Below, in pieces: positions 61,693 to 64,000 of a stretch of 64,000 nucleotides of DNA (the first letter of the stretch is position 1; each line of letters begins with the position of its first letter). The notes under the pieces were generated by a model. That model had not been told where the DNA came from and did no database searches. It was given only the letters and a program-made list of their open reading frames with translations. The stretch lies in the sequence record KU521356.1; one strand, 5' to 3'. The position numbers were made by a program, and so were the translations under genes.

Positions 61693-63957
61693 ATGAAAAA
61701 TACACACTTAGTTGAAGTAGCAACACATGCTTATTGTCTGGTTGGTGGACTTCCTAAACCAGAAGAAATGGATGAGGCTGAAAAAGAGTATTGGGCATCT
61801 GTACCAAGTGAGGATATTAAATTAGCTTCATATTGGAAAATGGTCCAACCACCACTATATGACCTAGTGATGAAATATAGTGGAATTGATTACGAAAGAT
61901 TTTATCCTTATCCTGGTGGTCCTTCTCTTAACACTGGCGAACTTGAAACATTCAGGCTTCCAGGTGCAGATGAAGGGGCTCTGGTTTGGCGTGATGTCTG
62001 TATTACGTGGTATAAAAGACCAGGTCGATGTATGTGTATTTCTCGTAATCTGACTGATGATGAACTCGTACAACTTGAACAGGAACTCATCAAAGCCATC
62101 GCAAAACCGGAATAACTTATAAAAGAAGTTTAACAGATTTTTTTAATCCAACTAAAAGGAAATTGTAAATGCAACATGTAACTGTAAAGACTATGAACTC
62201 TGGACTGAAAGTCATTGATTTGGATGGTATCCGACTCAAAGAAAAAAATATTATCCAGCTACGTTCTATTATGAATCACGATGCAGCAAAGCAATCATCA
62301 GCTTTTATGCATCACGATAGCCAGTTCAATAATGTACGTATTGAATTTTGGCGCGAACCATCAGCGCGAATTATCTCGCTGATTAAAGATGCGGTCGCAT
62401 GACCGCTTTCTTTTAAGAAGGTAACTAATATGTCTATCTCTGATGTAGTATTTGAAGCCGCTGTCAAAAGTGGTGTTAGTCTTGAACACCTTGGTAAAGA
62501 AGAGCCTATTCTAAAAATTCGCTCTGTTAAAGAAAGTGATGGATGGGATATCATCCTCTATTATCCTGGTAAGATTACCAAGACTGTGAAACTACTATCA
62601 AGCGATGTAGCTGGGTCAGATGCATCAAAGTTTATTGAACATGTATTTGGAGATGTTCAATTTGCTAAAGAAGCAGTACGCAATGCTGAAGGCATTGTAA
62701 TAAAATAATCAATCTGGAAAAAGGAAATATAAATGTATCTTGATGAAAAGTATTGGGCTTATTCTGTAAAAGCTATGGATAACAAACATCCAGTTTTGAT
62801 GAATGTACATGGTCTTCATTGGTATTCACCGTCTTTGGTTAATTGGAGCCTAACTGCTGTCAAACGGGATGGGACACTTTCATCAAAAGAAGTGTTTGAT
62901 ATCACTAGCAAATATGTCAGCCATCTCATTGATAATGAAGTTAAAATCGTTAATGATCAGTTGGTCTACCTGATCAAAAATAATCTGATTAGTGGTATCA
63001 CTGAGCTTGATGATGGTTTCTTTGTATTTGCAAATATTGATGGCGAGTCATGGTCCATGCATGTTGTAATTGAATGCTTGATGGAACATGAAGAAGATTG
63101 GGAAAAACTCGCTGCCGTTAAATGCAATGAGTTGGCCATTTCTGCATTCTAATTAATTATGAAAATGGGGGTCTAAAGACCCCCTATCTATTTAATAGAA
63201 TGAAACTAATCTTAATAATGGTGAATACTAATGAATAAATATTACCATTTGAAGAAACAGAAGGATGCTACATGGACAATTGAATTTCTAGGAAAGATGC
63301 GTAATTTTAAATTCAACCATGTAACTAAACAGAATAATAGCTGGGTTAGCATGGGTATTGAAGGTTATCCAGCACTTAAATTTAACTGTGATGGATTTGG
63401 TAGATTAGAAAGTATTCAACCCATTGATGATGATTTAACCATCGATGAAATATTTATTCCACGTAAACATTCTGTTTCACAGTGTATCGATATAACAACA
63501 CTTTACATAGGTGGTCAATGTGACTGAGATAATATTAGTTATTTTATCATTGTTTGTTCTTTCAGTCATAACCGGCTATTGTATAACCCGGTTAGAGAAA
63601 ACCGAAGATATAGCCTATTATGTTAAATCAATTACGTATTACTTAGGTGAATCCGGTGATACATTTTTTAATAGTGAACCCAAAGTAATACAGCTGGATA
63701 ACCCTGTAAAACTAGTTTTCACTAATGAACCAGTTCAAATAAAAACACTTTATTTAGACCTAGATAAGAAAGAATTATATCTTAATCATCCCGAACATGC
63801 TTGTATTGTAATGCGTGTTATTTTCTTTTTAAATTATCATAACCAGAAAAAACTCATCGGTTATTCAGATGAGTACTATCATGACAATGAGTATGTTGAT
63901 AGTGAGTTTGATATGGTCATAAAGAAAATTAGTGTAGAATGCTATAAAGGTTTATAA
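61693..63957 (+). other. Hypothetical CDSs: 61693-62115, 62169-62402, 62430-62708, 62733-63152, 63231-63527, 63511-63957
   Basis: Co-directional ORFs with RBS. Confidence 0.6.
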
Positions 63958-64000
63958 TGGTCAATTTTATAGACCATCAATCAGGAGTTAATAATGAGTG

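Overview
This is an AT-rich window from a phiKZ-like (Chimalliviridae-type) jumbo phage infecting a Gram-negative host. All family assignments come from motif recognition and gene order; no database search was run. The left end (1-12044) carries core virion genes: two split virion RNA polymerase subunits on the minus strand, a 2.2-kaa tail tape-measure protein with a C-terminal lytic transglycosylase, and a gp182-like protein. A second minus-strand block (22161-26714) holds two probable virion genes and an SF2 helicase. The rest is plus-strand accessory/early DNA punctuated by hairpin terminators and TATATTAC early promoters. It encodes tmk, dcd, thyA, a Zn deaminase, an AAA ATPase, an SspB-like adaptor and a SpoT/MESH1-like HD hydrolase among about 70 hypothetical genes. 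The most interesting candidates are: (1) a Tad1-like anti-defence sponge with an acidic N-terminal extension resembling a capsid-protein propeptide; (2) an early operon of exported paralogs, each with exactly two terminal cysteines; (3) an ORF-free, GC-rich, highly structured ~200-nt candidate ncRNA at 26.8-27.0 kb; (4) near-identical terminator-promoter cassettes; and (5) a decaying module at 47.3-49.0 kb with several inactivating lesions. No tRNA, rRNA, CRISPR array, intron or transposase was seen.
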